Position numbers and translations under genes: made by a program. From the NCBI GenBank assembly GCA_951406725.2, contig OX597826.1, positions 79,422,001 through 79,486,000 on the forward strand: a DNA stretch of 64,000 nucleotides. Direction: 5' to 3'. Below are positions 1 through 19,852 of the stretch, piece by piece. Position 1 is the first letter of the stretch, and each line of letters starts with the position of its first letter. Origin of the DNA: Octopus vulgaris. Its lineage: Eukaryota. Under the pieces are notes generated by a model. It was given only the letters and a program-made list of their open reading frames with translations. It made no database searches and had not been told where the DNA came from.

Positions 1-4345
<4,345 letters not shown>

Positions 4346-4990
4346 ATTAGTATCGTAACAAAATATATTCTTTCAATGAATATTTTTTCCAAAGTATCTT
4401 GGAATATGCAAGGAGCAGGAAAAAACAAACAAACAATGAAATAACAAACAAGATTGTAAGGAAAGAATAGAAAGATTTTGAAGATTAAAATATAAATTTC
4501 AACAGTAATATTTTATTTGAAGAATCAAATGAGCGAAAATATAAAATAAGGGTTATTTCTCTGCCATCTTGATAGGAACAAAAACAATAAAATCATCATT
4601 GTACTCCAGAACAACAATTATATAGTATTTTATTAGCTGTATATGAACTGATGAGAGAAAAAATATCTCTGAGGCAATTCAATATTGCTCTTGCGCACAA
4701 AAACAGAAGGGCACTCGCGAACACACCAACTCACATACATACTTGCACTCACACGCACGCACACACACGCACACACACACACGCACGCATACACACAAAT
4801 ACACACTGACACACAAGCATCTGAAATAATTTCATTTAAGCATGATTGAGAATTCCTTTATGGTTTTCAACCCAACGAAGCCGATAAAACTAGGGGGAAA
4901 GTTTTAAAATGAAATTCTTGTGGAACCTGCATACTTTCTTTAGGGTCTATATAATTTCCAAATTGTTAGTATTGCAAGGCTCTAGAAATA

Positions 4991-5026
<36 letters not shown>

Positions 5027-6441
5027 TTATTTATAAATATGTATATCTATATCTATATATCTATATATCAATATATATATTTAAGTATATATATATATAT
5101 GTAAAAGTGTATATGTATAAAGTGATTAAATGTGAAGATAAAGGAAAGAAGAGAGTACTCAATACTGACGGTAGAGTTCAATACCTTACTGGAAGCTGAA
5201 ATTTCACAAATCATTTCTTTGAATTTTTTTGATTTTACTCTTTGGACGATTATACAAAAGTCGAACTTTAAAACAGTGTGAATGTTTGAATATATTGAGT
5301 TTCATCAATCTCACTAAAATCGATTTATACACAGGTGCTAGCTTGATTTAATTGTATTTAGAATAAAAAAAACTAATTTTGCCGAAAATTTGCTAACTCT
5401 TATTTCATTTCGTTTACCACTAATCAGTTTTTTTAATGAAGACTCAATTAAGAAGAGTTACTTCTGCAAATTATTCGCAAGTTCACTTAAGCATTCCGCT
5501 TCCAAAATTCTTTCCAACAACAGTATTGGACTTTTCTTTAAATATATAAATATTTTTTTAAAGAAACAAATTCGATTAAATTTAAATTGTATGGCCACTC
5601 ATTTAACACGATTTCTCCCGTAGCTTATATTCGAATTTGCTTTATAAATTCTATAAATTACACTTTAGTAGAAAATTATTCACTTTATTTAAACAAAAGA
5701 ACTAAAGATTTGGGTTGTAGACACGCTTCAAAATACTTCTTGCTTTCTAACTATGAAATAGCGAACGGATGAGTCCAAGAATATTCCGAATATCTAGAAT
5801 TAGAAGGATTTTATTGCTTTCGTTTTCGGAAAGGAATGGGTTTAAAAGACATCTAAAAATTTTGAGTTTTTTCTCTTCCAAAGTTATTTTTTATTTTTTA
5901 TTTTTACATAAATGCATTTTAAAAAATTCCTATAATCTCTATCCATACGCATATAAATATACGTCTTTTTCATAACTTTTCATATTGCATGCATATATTT
6001 GTTCCGACCTCAAACTGGAAAATTCCCTCTCTTAGCTTTCAAGCAACGATGATATGGGAAACAAATATTTCACTTCTATTCTGCTTTCTTTAACCAGAAC
6101 TTGTTATAATATTCAGACGTACCCACTGTATAACTATTATATCATTGTTATTATTATCATTTTCGTCCGAAGATAGGAAATGAAAATTGTGAAGTTGCAG
6201 CTTCCCAAAAGTTATATATATATATATAATGTGTATATACATATCAAAGAAGTATAGCCTCACAGTGTTGCAGTTGTTTTCAAAAAAGTGTTTTTCAAAA
6301 CATGACAACTGTAGGAATGAACTGAGGCAACGGTGCCGCTGCATGGTTTTTCTAAGGCTATTTTCTTTTTAAATAAATATATACTTTACATATTTCTTAT
6401 ATTGAGTCCTTTATTCTGATATAGTATTCTTAATCTGCATT

Positions 6442-6497
<56 letters not shown>

Positions 6498-6959
6498 GAA
6501 TATGTATATATATATATAATATATATAATATATATATAATATATATATATATGTCAATATGTATATATATATATAAAAGATATATTTCTATATAAAGAGA
6601 GAAGTTATTTTTCTAAACATGTTATATGTTGAGAAAACGATTCTTTTTGAATATAATATATTTTTTATAAATAAATTTCTATATTACTTGAATTGTTGTT
6701 TTTTAGCTTTAATTTAGAACGCTAGCATTACTAACATCATAAATGCTAATGGAGTTTCTCCATCTTCTTATCTGAATGAAATGCTACAAATAGCGGCAGG
6801 TTGTTCGCGAAATTTGCGATAGGTATATAGGAATAATTTATAATCGATAAATTGTCCTTGTTAGATGTAAAATTGGTGACTAACTCACGGTAATTTCCAT
6901 AGTTCATTTCATGTGTGCCTTTTTTGTGTGTTGATTTTGGTTTTTGTTTTGCTATTAAT

Positions 6960-7270
6960 GAAGGTTACCTAGTGAACTTTCGTGTTTTCTTTTGCAGAAT
7001 TCAGTATAATGTTTTTATATCTAATTTGGTGTCGTATACTGATTTATAGTGCATTGCAATGGCTCCATGGATAAATGCATAGTCACACAACTAGAAAGTG
7101 TCGCACATGTGCGTCCTATGTAACAGTTTGAGTTAAGAAGTTTATAACTTTCATGTTTACATTGCAATTTGCAAATTACATTGGCTGTCTGAATTACGTT
7201 GGGTAACAAGTTTTTAGTTCCAAGTTGAAAAGAATGGTTTTTCCATTCTGACGCTGTTGTAATATTGCCT
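6960..7270 (-). mobile_element. Penelope-like element remnant (GIY-YIG endonuclease)
   Basis: ORF 7021..7380 contains NVICKLQC...NCYIGRTCATLSSCVTMHL, matching the NVVY..C...YIG.T...L..R...H pattern. Confidence 0.65.
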
Positions 7271-7699
7271 AAATAGCAGTTTGTGATTAAGTATATATGT
7301 ATGAATGGTTGTATGTATATATATGCATGTACGTACGTACTTATGTATGTATGCATGTATGTATGTATGTATCTATGCATCTATGTATGTATATGAAGCT
7401 CTAAGAAAAAAATCGAAACTAGCCTGCAATCCGCAATGTATTATTCTTAAATAAAATATACTCTACGTTCCGAATGTGTTGGGTTCTTTCTTGTAGTTTG
7501 TGGTTTTCTTAATCATGTCGTTATTTCATATATATTTATATATATATATATACGTATACATATATACGTATATATATATATGTATTTATATCCATTTCTG
7601 CTGTTATATAGATGCATATACGCATTCATGCAATCACACACATACACACATAAACAAACACATACATACATATGCATGTATATATATATAAACATCCAT

Positions 7700-7744
<45 letters not shown>

Positions 7745-7827
7745 TATATATATATACACACACGATTATAGTCATTAAGCACGTATAGACATGCCGCCAC
7801 ACACACACGCACACACACACCCACACA

Positions 7828-7905
<78 letters not shown>

Positions 7906-8094
7906 AAGAGTATAAATACTCAGTTTTGGAAATGAATAGGCACCAAAGCAATGACATGCCTTTCGAGTTTCTGTTCAAGCAGACAATCGCTTCCATAATG
8001 CTTTGCAGTCGTCCAGATAACTTCTCTCTCTCTCTCTCTCTCACTCCTTCACGTGTTGAATATATAAAGTTCTTGTATTCATAGAAAAAGCTTT

Positions 8095-8133
<39 letters not shown>

Positions 8134-8339
8134 AAAAACTGAAAACAAAGAACTTTCGGTTTGCTTGCTTCTCTATTGATTTCTAAGTCCCACAATTTGT
8201 TCTTTGTTTTCTCGTCTCCCAACTTTCTTCTCTTTCTTTTGCCTCGTTCGACTCTTTTCATTACTTATATAATTACATGTTTTCTCTTTTGTGTTGCACC
8301 CCCACCCCCATCCCCTCCATCACCACCACCACACCACCA

Positions 8340-8422
<83 letters not shown>

Positions 8423-8936
8423 CCATCATCGTCTTCGTCTTCTACCTCATCTCCATCTTCGTCTTCTCTACTTCTTCCCACCTCTTCTTCTTCCTCTTCT
8501 TCCACTTCGTCTTCTTCTCCTTCATCATCTTCTTTTTCTGGATTTGTTTTCGCTATATGGCGTACTAGAGCAAAATAATTGGTCAGCGTCTACTCTTTGC
8601 TTAGTTAGATAAAGAAATGATGAACGACAACAAGCATGTAAGCCCGTAAGCAACACGTGGTTTCCTAGGAAGCAACGCACACCCCTTCTGCCACCATATA
8701 TATAGAAGAGACAGAGCGATTTGGAAAAGCATTGTTTCGCTTGTATCTTGTTTTTTTTTCTATGATGATGAAAAAGAAGAATCCTGACCCCCAAAATACC
8801 AAAATCTTATGGCATTTATCTCGTTTCCCCCCCTCTTCATACGCATCTTTATTTTTTTCTCTTCAATTGTCACAGCATCAACCTGTGTAACCCCCTATTA
8901 CATTCGTTTTTGTCTGATTTAATTTTGACTTCTACG

Positions 8937-8972
<36 letters not shown>

Positions 8973-8978
<6 letters not shown>

Positions 8979-9238
8979 CATAAATGAGGGCAAAGGAAAA
9001 AAATTCTAATGCCAAATATGCTGAAAAATTGGACATATTGTCCATTAACCATATAATTTTTTCACAATACGCACGCTACTCGAAAAAAGGTCGAGAGAAA
9101 TTTCTAAAAAATTCCATTATTACCATATCGGACCGATTTCAGAGTTAGCTACTAAGAGCCCCCTCTTCGTCAGTGATACATGTGGCAAAATAGATAAATG
9201 AGATACTTACTCATACTCATACCCTCATTTATGAATTG
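8973..9238 (-). mobile_element. TA-adjacent element with 16-bp inverted ends and an internal hammerhead-like motif (probably derived from a Penelope terminal repeat)
   Basis: aattcataaatgaggg near 8974 and ccctcatttatgaatt near 9222; minus strand 9124-9180 reads CTGACGA-AGAG..CTCT-GAAA-TCGG-TC. Confidence 0.55.
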
Positions 9239-9339
9239 TTTATAAATTTAACCGTCAAAGGTATTTTTTAATATGCTGGCCATTGATAAAATATTTTTCG
9301 AGAAAATATTTTTTTCGAAAGGAATTTTATCCTCACATT

Positions 9340-9375
<36 letters not shown>

Positions 9376-9622
9376 TTATATATACATTTATATATATATA
9401 CATATGTATATATATATATATGCATTTATATATATACATATATATATATATATATGCATACATATATGTATGTGTATATATACTCACATACAGACACACA
9501 AACATACACACAACCACACACGCACATATTCACATATAGACATCTTCATATATGTGCCAAAAGAATTGTATACGTGTATGTGAATAGAAATGTCTATACA
9601 CGTATATGTATAAATATGTATG

Positions 9623-9661
<39 letters not shown>

Positions 9662-9710
9662 GACATTTATAGCAATATGCATATATGTGAATATGTATGT
9701 ACATATGTAT

Positions 9711-9751
<41 letters not shown>

Positions 9752-10034
9752 AACACACACATACGTAACCCATGCTGTAGATTCATAAACAGGGCAAATT
9801 TCACTACTTCTCCATAGATTGAAAAAAATGAGGAACAGCTCTAATTGATTTTCGGACCTTATTGGATTCTCCTCAGAGCTTCTCATCAATCTCACCAATC
9901 CCAATGAAACAAGCAGCCAATGTTATTATATACACATCATGCATATATATATATCATCATCATCATCATCATCATCATCACCACCACCATCACCATCATC
10001 ATCATCATCATCATCATCGTCATCGTCATCGTCG

Positions 10035-10109
<75 letters not shown>

Positions 10110-10598
10110 GTTTCACATTTTGTAATAGGCTTTAAATATTTTCGGCACTGAAAAAGAATACTCCAGGTTTATCCAACAATTCAAAGCATTTCAAGAGATA
10201 TTAGAAGTGAAACTAAAGAATAGAAACAAGGATAAAAAGAAAAAGGAAACAAAAATCTATAACAACGACAAAAACAACAAAAATAATAAAAATGTAGGAG
10301 CATAATGACTAATTGCAAAAAAAAAAAAAATTCCAGGTAGATTTACTATCCGACTGAATATAATTCCTTGCGTGTGAAGGTTTAGTGTACGTTGGTGAGT
10401 TCTACTCAAAGCAAGTTTGTGTTCTATATTTATACGTAGGGAGTTGTTTTCAATATCTGTTTATGATAATCCTTACATCCATATACTTGGTAATTAGCAA
10501 ACTGTAATAATTATATATATTATATATATATGTGCGTGTGTGTGCGCGTGTGTGTGTGTGTGTGTGAGTGTGTGTCTGTGTGTGAGTGCGTGTGTATG

Positions 10599-10646
<48 letters not shown>

Positions 10647-10737
10647 TAGACAGATATATATATATGTGTATGTATATGCATGTATATATATATATATTTA
10701 AGCGCATGCATATATATATATATATATGTATATATGT

Positions 10738-10803
<66 letters not shown>

Positions 10804-11465
10804 TTACATGCTCATGTATACATATATATATATATGTATACATGCATACATTAACACACCTGTATAAATTTATTCGCATATATAAACAGGAACACGTGCA
10901 CATGCGCACATATATATATATTCATATGTATATACATGTATGTATATAAGTGTATGTGCAAATATATACATAGTATATATATATGTATATATATATATAT
11001 AAATATATAGGTACATACATATATATATATGTATATATATATAATTATGTATATATATATGTATATGCATATATGTATGAATGTATGTTTGAATCTGTAT
11101 ATATAGATTTACAGTGAGTGACATGCATGTACGTACACGGACACAAATATATGTGCATACGTACGTGTATGTTGACGTAGTTAGCGAAGAATGGAGGTAT
11201 ATATTTATAGGCAAATTCCGTTCGTTAAATTTGTCACTTGTGCCTTGAGGACCAAGTGCGTGCATAAAGGCAAGAGCTTGCATAAATAGGTAGATGTAAT
11301 ATATTGGAATAAATATTTGTAAATTGACGTGTATGTGTGCAGGCAGAACCGCACTAACGAAGGTGCATGTATGTATATATATACATATATACATGCATTC
11401 ACCAATACATACATTTAAATATTATGTATATGTAAACATATACATGTGGATGTATACATTCAAAC

Positions 11466-11501
<36 letters not shown>

Positions 11502-11642
11502 GTGTGTGTGTGTGCACGTGCGTTTAAAGTTGCCACATTATATTCAGATACACATGTATATGCATACACACGCACACACATACACACATATGTATATATG
11601 TATATGTATATAATATATATACATACATACATACATACATTC

Positions 11643-11679
<37 letters not shown>

Positions 11680-12866
11680 CATATATGCATGTATGTATAA
11701 CTACTTTCAATGCATGTAGTTCCTCATACAAGTATTTGAAAAGGAAGCGTATTTTTTTAATATTCTAATTATGGTTAATTATCATTATATTCTAAAGAAA
11801 CTTATTGGTCATCATTTTTTACCACGTGGCTACACTAGTACATATATATATATACATATATATATATACATATATATATACATATATACATACATATATA
11901 CATACATATACATACGCACACGTAATATTTTTACAAGAACAATGGAGACTGTTACTTCGATGTTTAGGCCTTCTTAGTTTCACTAGATTGTCCAATGAAG
12001 GTTAGCAGGCGGAGACTTCGAAGTCACTATCATCACGTTTGTAAAAATATATGTACTCTACAAACAGTTTAATCTGAAATTCAGTTTAATGTAAAATTGT
12101 TTATATCGTAGCTCGACATATATATATATTCATACATAAATACTACATACATACATGCACACACACACAGTATATATATGCACTTGTGTATCATAATAGT
12201 AACTTCGCCTGCGATTTATGTGGATTTCACTGTTTCTTGTACATCTCGTGATTTGCCTGCTTGAGCAATTGAAAATGGCGTATCTATTCAAACGCATAAC
12301 CGACGCTGTATTCAAAGCTCAGATGACGACATCATCTATCTGCAGACGATGATGTCACTCGCTGAGAGACTGTGCGATCTTATTCGATTACCGAACGCCG
12401 AAGCGTAAACGCACGCAAACACACAAACGAACGGAGACGAACACACACACATCTATAAACGTACATTAAAATGTTGAGCATATTTTAGTTTCGAATTATA
12501 AGCTAGATTTGCTGATCTACAAAGTAATAAGCAATACAGTAATCCGAACACCACCTCCTCCTCCAAAAAAACCTTACCATGTTCGTTTGTTAGTTTTTAA
12601 AACAGATTTTGTGCATTTTCTTGTACATTGAATATGAAAATTACCATTCTTCTCAAATTGCACATATTGTCGCTTTCCCCTATTTCAAAGAATTTCCATG
12701 TCAACCTCCGATTTTCAACCCTATCCTCGTCATATTCCTATTTCAGTATCATTTATATCAGACTTAAAAATCAAGGTTATTATTATCATCATTATTTCCA
12801 CTTCTCGGAGCTCTTGATTTCATTCGTGCCGGTTAATTGTGTAAGAGCGGACAACTTGCTGTCATA

Positions 12867-12907
<41 letters not shown>

Positions 12908-12911
<4 letters not shown>

Positions 12912-13046
12912 TCAGTAGTTTTATTTCTATAGCGTGCTTTCACTTCACTACCGAGCGCAGCTCTGTGTGCCTTGGGTATGTGCTGTGATTTGTTGTGATG
13001 CTCTGATGGTTATTGTATGGAAAGTGTTCTGCGTAGGATGTGTAGG

Positions 13047-13047
<1 letters not shown>
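12908..13047 (-). mobile_element. Short 3' end of an R4/Dong-like non-LTR element inside (TAA)n
   Basis: Minus strand reads HILRRTLSIQ* followed by a short UTR; flanked on both sides by ATT repeats; similar to HVLRRALS of the copies at 47948 and 50584. Confidence 0.55.
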
Positions 13048-13104
<57 letters not shown>

Positions 13105-13304
13105 GCCTTTGCTTTAATTTGTATGACCTGCACGTGTATATATACTTGTGTACATAATATGCGTACGCGCGCGCGTACACACATATGTATGTTTATATGG
13201 TGTGTATGTGTATGTTTATGTGTGAGCATATATCCATGCGTGCTTGTATGTGAGTCAGTATGTGTGTAGTTTTATGTATTTTGTAGTGGATGTGTGTTTA
13301 TACA

Positions 13305-13362
<58 letters not shown>

Positions 13363-14800
13363 TATATACTTCAGACAGCCCTCCCTGATTTATGACTGAA
13401 GCCGACCTTCTGCTTCTGAGACCTTTTACTTTTCTTCGTTGCTTTTATAGTTTTACTAATTTTCTCTTGTCTTTCTTTTTCACTCTCTTTCCTCTCCCGC
13501 TTTGGTTGTGAGGGAGGAATGGCATCATTCAGACGCCTTTTCTGTCCTCTGCTGTTTTATGTGACATGCGAAATTGTTGATTATTTGCATATCAGGAGAC
13601 AATGTGTATATATTTGGAGCTGTAACATCGATTCTTATACTTATTGCGGAACACTGATGAGGTGAAGTGCACGATAGCATAATGTTTCTACTACTGCTAT
13701 GTAATCGTTTCGGCAAATCGATGAAACGAGTGTACGTGCTATAATATCACACACATTTTTCTGCTTATTGTTATTTATGTCTATTATTTGGCTTGTATTC
13801 CGCTCACTAGCCTAACTCGAGGTTGATGACCCACCTTGTGCTATAATGGATAGTGGAGCAGAGTGTGGAACACATTACTAAGCCTGATTTTGTCTGTGTC
13901 GAAACCTTACTGTGCTTAATTTTAGACACATACATGCGCGCACGCGCACCCTACCCACACCCACACTCTTATATGTATGTTTGAGAAGAAAGACTGAAAC
14001 GCAAGTGAAATCAACTTGGCAGTAAAAATAAAAATAGAATTCCTAGGTAGATAAAAGTGAAATTGTATGTAAAGAGTATTTTTCAAAATAGCAAATAGCT
14101 AATCTATACTGCCGCATTTCCTAATCGTTTTAAATCTATAATAACGGTGTTTAAGAAAAACAAATTATGTTGGTTGGTATTTCAATCCAAATTAACTGAT
14201 TCCAATAAAGAGACTGATGATGTTAGTTATCTAATTTTAACTTTCCCATGGAACAAATGATGTAATCTACGCAGAGCTCTTCGTGACTAAAACGTATGTA
14301 AAACGTCTGTTCTGGAAATACGGCCATTCACTCATACGTTCGTGTATACGCTTAGTAATATAATAATCTTTACAGTCCAGGAATTACATTAGCGTCTCAA
14401 GGGCCAAGATTTTTGCATCAGTGCATTTATCAGACTGAAGAAAGATTTGAAAATTTTAAATAAGATATAGACTAAATAATAATAATAATAATAATAAAGA
14501 AAATCTTGCGGAAAAGCGTGATAACATACCGCGTAGTAACAGAAAAACTTAAATTTATTTACAGTCAATAAAATATATACACACGTACATATATACTTGC
14601 ATATACATCATATGTATGTATATGTATATATACAGACATACACACACATGTAAATACATATTAGACTTAATAAATATGATTAATAGATAAGCACTTAGTC
14701 TCTCACTTTTAAAACAGTTACCTGCCCCTTGCAATTGCTTTAAGGCTATAAACATAATGTAGGCGCATTAACACAGCTACGAGTAAACTAAATGATACTG

Positions 14801-15013
14801 ACTTCAAATTTTGGCACGAGGCAATAATTTCGAGAGGAGGGGCTGTGTCGATGAAATCAACCCTAGTACTCAACTGGTACTTATTTTATCGACCCCAAAA
14901 TGATGAATGGCAAAGTCGACCTCGGCGGAATTTGAACTCAGAACGTAGAGACGGGCGAAAAGACGCTAAGCATTTTATCCGGTGTGCTAATGATTCTACC
15001 AGCTCACCACCTC
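14801..15013 (-). mobile_element. tRNA-derived SINE, family A
   Basis: Matches the repeated consensus gagctggcagaa...gttctgagttcaaattccgccgaggtcgactttgcctttcatcc...ggtcgataaa..taagtaccag; has B-box-like GAGTTCAAATTCC; central part resembles Meta/MESC-type SINE domains (from memory, unverified). Confidence 0.85.
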
Positions 15014-15079
15014 AGTAAACTATGTAACATTAGCAAGTATTTTCTGAATTCGATCAAGAATTGCATTGTACGGGCTTAT

Positions 15080-15620
15080 TGACGTCCAACTCTTTGTCTA
15101 CAATAATAGTTCTTTGGTGATTAATTGGTTTAATAGCACTGATGTCAAGGGCAATTGTGAAACCTCGCAATTTGACATTTTAGAATCCTACCCCTTTATT
15201 ACTGAACCTCCCTGAATGTCGCTATTAGATTTCTGCCCTAAGTACAAAACTATTTCTAACTATTATAACGATATTTTTATGAACGCCAGAATATTTCTTC
15301 ATTTCTTTGGTAAGCTGTCCTGGGTGAAAAGAAATGCTACAGAAATTTCCGATGATTGGATGGAGCTGGGGTTTGTAATCTAATTGGTTTATTTATTTTA
15401 GATAACATTCAAACTAAATTTCATTTTATAGAACTAGGTATTCAGAGGCAGCTGATTAAATTTAATCTGTATAGAAACAGCCGTCAACGTGCAAAAGTTT
15501 CGGCTTTAAAGTTGCCGTACGTGCTAATGTAAGAGCAGCTTATAATCCCAGTAATTTAATTTCTGGCCATTATAACGCTTTAGAAAATTCAATGAAATTA
15601 TGTATTATATTTATGAGTTT
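15080..15620 (+). mobile_element. Penelope-like reverse transcriptase remnant
   Basis: Reads VINWFNSTDVKGNCETSQFDILESYPFITE...SWVKRN...DGAGVCNLIGLFILD with disruptions, matching the Penelope RT pattern VINWF..QFDI..FYPSI..WVKK..DGAEVCELVGLYIL. Confidence 0.75.
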
Positions 15621-15890
15621 CAAACAACCTACACCTAACGCTTCTGATGAGTTTAGTGGCTAATATTAGAAAATGGAACTCCAGAGACATTGAACCACAT
15701 TGCAAAGATATGCTACGAGATGTTAGATTGGTGGGGTTCCACAGAAAAAAATTATATTTATACCTAGGCAGAGTTAGTCCTAATAATATCAGACAAGAAG
15801 GTTATATGGTAAAATCCACCATTTAGTTTAAATGGCTTAGTTAATTTTACCCGGGACAAAACAGTAGACTGTAATATGTAAATATGTATG

Positions 15891-15970
<80 letters not shown>

Positions 15971-17329
15971 CCTGCGTATTTGTGCGTATATGTGTGTATA
16001 TTTATACATGTATGTGTAGATAGGTAGGTATATATGAATATACACAAACATACAATAAGTCATGTCTACGTGCAATTAAGTTTCGAAGATACAAGAGTTT
16101 TCTGCACTTCATCTCCTTTTCTACTTAACTTTTTTTCTTATGCGCTGGACTAATTATATTTTTGAATTGTGCATTTTCCTTGTTCTTCAATATTGGTTCT
16201 TCGTCCTGTTTTAAGTGTCAAAAATCAAAAGCTATGCGTATAGAAGTCCTTTAAGAAAGATAGCTCATAACGAACCTACAAAGTTTTCTTCACCATGTAC
16301 AACTATCTCATCTACATAAACGTATACACACGCATACACACACACAAACACTCGCGCACATGCATATACACTTTATCTCTTACCTTTTACAGTTCCTAGA
16401 ATATTGTATACACACAATAGGGTATCTCTATCTAAAGTTACAAGTTTAAATCTAGTCTTTGTCAAAATATTGACCAGAAAATCTGTCATTTTAAAAGACC
16501 AGACAAATCTATGTTTACTTAAAAAAAAAACAAAAAAACAAAAGGTTTTATCAATCTATATTAACATGTTTTCTTTCTTCCTTTCCAATATGGCAATTGA
16601 AAAAAATTGATTCTATTACTGGGAATCGATAACTGGCTGCGATTCACCGTTTCGCACATCCATTCATAGTTGCATCGGTATTGCACACAAATCCCAATCT
16701 ATTCCAGTGTCTGTGTGTGTTAAGCACTTTCAGTATTCCTTAAAGCAGATTCTTAAAAAGAACGTTTATTGTATTATTATCTTTTAAAAGTAAGTTTACT
16801 AAAATATCTTTAATTGTATATTATTCAACATGAAAGTAAAACAAAGCGAGTCAAGCAATCTCCATTCCCTCTTTTGAGCAACAGATATTATCTACGTCCC
16901 TACGGGCAAAATGGTGATTTTCTAAGAATAGCCAACGAAATCTACTGTAACTAGCCATTCTGTTTCATGGCCTATTTCCACGGAGCGACGCGTTCATCCC
17001 AATTCGACTTGAGAAAACGGCAGTTTGGAGACCGAGAAATTTCAAGTGCAAGTGTCAAAGTAATTGTTATTTAGTTATTTCTACACTTCTAAGGTTCTAA
17101 GGTTGGCATCACCCAGGTTTACGGCCGAAGCGCTACTTTAGCACTGGAGAATATGTTACAATAGATAACGAATTAGGTGATTAAAGGACGTCCTATTAAG
17201 CCACTCACCCGAAATACTGTGCCGTTGGGCAGAAGGAGCAGCGTCATAAAACGTAAGCGGCTGTAACATTTTCACCCAGTAAAAGACAAAAAACAAACGG
17301 GATAGAAGCGACTCTATTAACGAGAGGAA

Positions 17330-18283
17330 ACCAGAGAGTCGTTGGATACGTCATCAGCCGTGGCCCTGAACAAACTGCAGAAAGCCTCTAAAACGGTATG
17401 CGATGATATTTGCCTTAAGAGAACTTCGAAAACTGTAGAGTTCAAAGACAGCCACTGTGCCTTTTTTCATTGACCTCATGAAGGCCTTCGACTTTGTGAA
17501 AAGAGACAGTTTTGCAGAGATAATCCTCCCCAGAACTGGTTGTCTTCCGAGGTTCCCTGGGACAGGTGAGTCATTGCATACACCCATGAAGAGCTCTGTT
17601 CAGTTTTACGATTTTTTTTTCAGAAGACGTTAACATCCGCAGCGCTGGGAAGCAGAGGGGTGTACCTGCTTCTACCTACTTCTGCATCATATTCATCATT
17701 ATGCCGATGCACCCTTGTAGAACGTCAGCTGAAGGTATCGACTGCACACGAGATCGAGTGGGAGCTTGCTTATTTTGTACTACTCGAGAGAGCGAAAGAC
17801 AATGTATGTGAAGTAACCGCCAGTCGTATTGTTTACAAACGATAGGACATTGGCAACGCACTCAGGGGCGTAACTGCAATACCTTATTAACAATTTCAGA
17901 AGAGTTTGCCAGGACTTCCGTTTTACTCTCAGCTCGAAGAAGACTAATGTGCTGGGCAAGGCTGTTGATCCCTCTCTGGCTGTTAGCATTAACAATTGCG
18001 AGCTGAAGATAGGCTACATGTTCTCTTATCTTGGCTCAGCCATCACAAACAGCTTCTCTATAGAGTCTGTGATTAACAGGCAGATCTAGAGAGTAGACTC
18101 AACACTCGCTAGATTGACAATGAGAGTATGGGAGAACAGCAGGCCGATGTCACACACCAGGCTTGCAGTCTACGGAGTCTCTATCCTCAGTACACGACTT
18201 TACGACAGTGAGAGCTGGGTCTCTACTCCGGACAAGAGTGGTATCTCAACGCCTTCTACCATCGCAGCCTGAGATATATCCTA
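17330..18283 (+). mobile_element. Degenerate RTE-clade LINE reverse transcriptase fragment
   Basis: Broken frames give FIDLMKAFDFVKRD..ILPRTGCLPR..NIRSAGKQ, SSKKTNVL, FSYLGSAIT, ARLTMRVWEN, LSTRLYDSESW; multiple stops and frameshifts. Confidence 0.85.
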
Positions 18284-18720
18284 GTTATCATATAATAATA
18301 ATAATAATAATAATAGTAATAATGATAATAATAATAATAATAATAGCAAAGCATATTAATATATATTATGTGATTTATAATAATATGTACATATGTCTGT
18401 ATATACATGACCCATTTGTTAAATATACAGGAAGATATAGAGTGATATAACTTTTTCAATGAAATTATATTTTCTATCCTACAAGATATAAACATATATA
18501 CATAATAAAACAGAATCGGAAGAGGCAGGTGTCGGTCTGCATCAGCAGGACATATATTATTTAGTAAAATCGACGAAAAGAGTAGAGCGAACTTAGTGTG
18601 TCTCTATAATTTCAAATCCTGTTAATTATTCTCTGAAGAAAAGACTATTTCCGAAACGCTGGGTTTGCCGGTCATCTCGGTAAGTTCCCTGTACAATTCT
18701 TTTCACTTTGTCACTTTGTA

Positions 18721-18769
<49 letters not shown>

Positions 18770-18772
18770 AAG

Positions 18773-18828
<56 letters not shown>

Positions 18829-18962
18829 ATATACTTATATCTTAATATCCTGTAGCTTAAACCGTTCATTAGATACGTGTGTTTGTGTACATATATATAT
18901 ATATGTAAATATATATTTGTATATGTGTATGTGTGTACATATACATTCTAACCTATGCTTAT

Positions 18963-19020
<58 letters not shown>

Positions 19021-19084
19021 TATGTGAGTGTATATATATATATGCATATATATATGTATGAATGTGTGTGTGTACACACACACA

Positions 19085-19121
<37 letters not shown>

Positions 19122-19766
19122 CTATATATATATATATATATGTGTATGTATGTATTTATCTATCTATCTATATATATATAAATATGCATTTAAACATATA
19201 TACATAGTTATATATATGCGTGTATATATATGTAAATGCACGCATGAAAACACACGTGTGTGTATCTCATATGTGTATATAATATATGTGTATCGGATAA
19301 CTTATGATACTTCGGAATATGAAAGTCATGGGTCGTAGTCTGGATTAAACCTATCGAAACGCTATGTCAGTGAAAATATAAGAATGCAAACTATACAACC
19401 GAACATTGTATAGCAGTGTGAATATAAGCGTAGGAGGAACACCATTCCGATATAGGTGCATACATAATTCGATACAAACATACATACAGATACATACATA
19501 CGTTCATACATACGCACACACACGCACTCATATATATATATGTATATATACATATATGCATATATATACATTTATATACATATATATACATACACATATA
19601 CATGTATATATATACATACACATATACATACATATCTATCTATATATATATATATATATTGTTCGAAATTGTACAAACCAACAAACAGAATACAAGGACA
19701 GGTGTATTAGTTTGACGCTCAGAAAAATGGAAGAAGTCTTTGACGTTTCGAGCCTATGTTCTACTG

Positions 19767-19852
<86 letters not shown>

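Noticed and set aside
12318-12366. Short hairpin gacatcatc...gatgatgtc (another at ~55168-55198)
   Set aside because: Stems too short for a pre-miRNA call and no supporting context.
13651-13735. Plus-strand CTGATGA...GAAA motif (similar ones at ~3936-3985, ~15644 and ~18633)
   Set aside because: Helix I/II pairing or the UH site is broken; at best decayed relatives of the hammerhead motifs.
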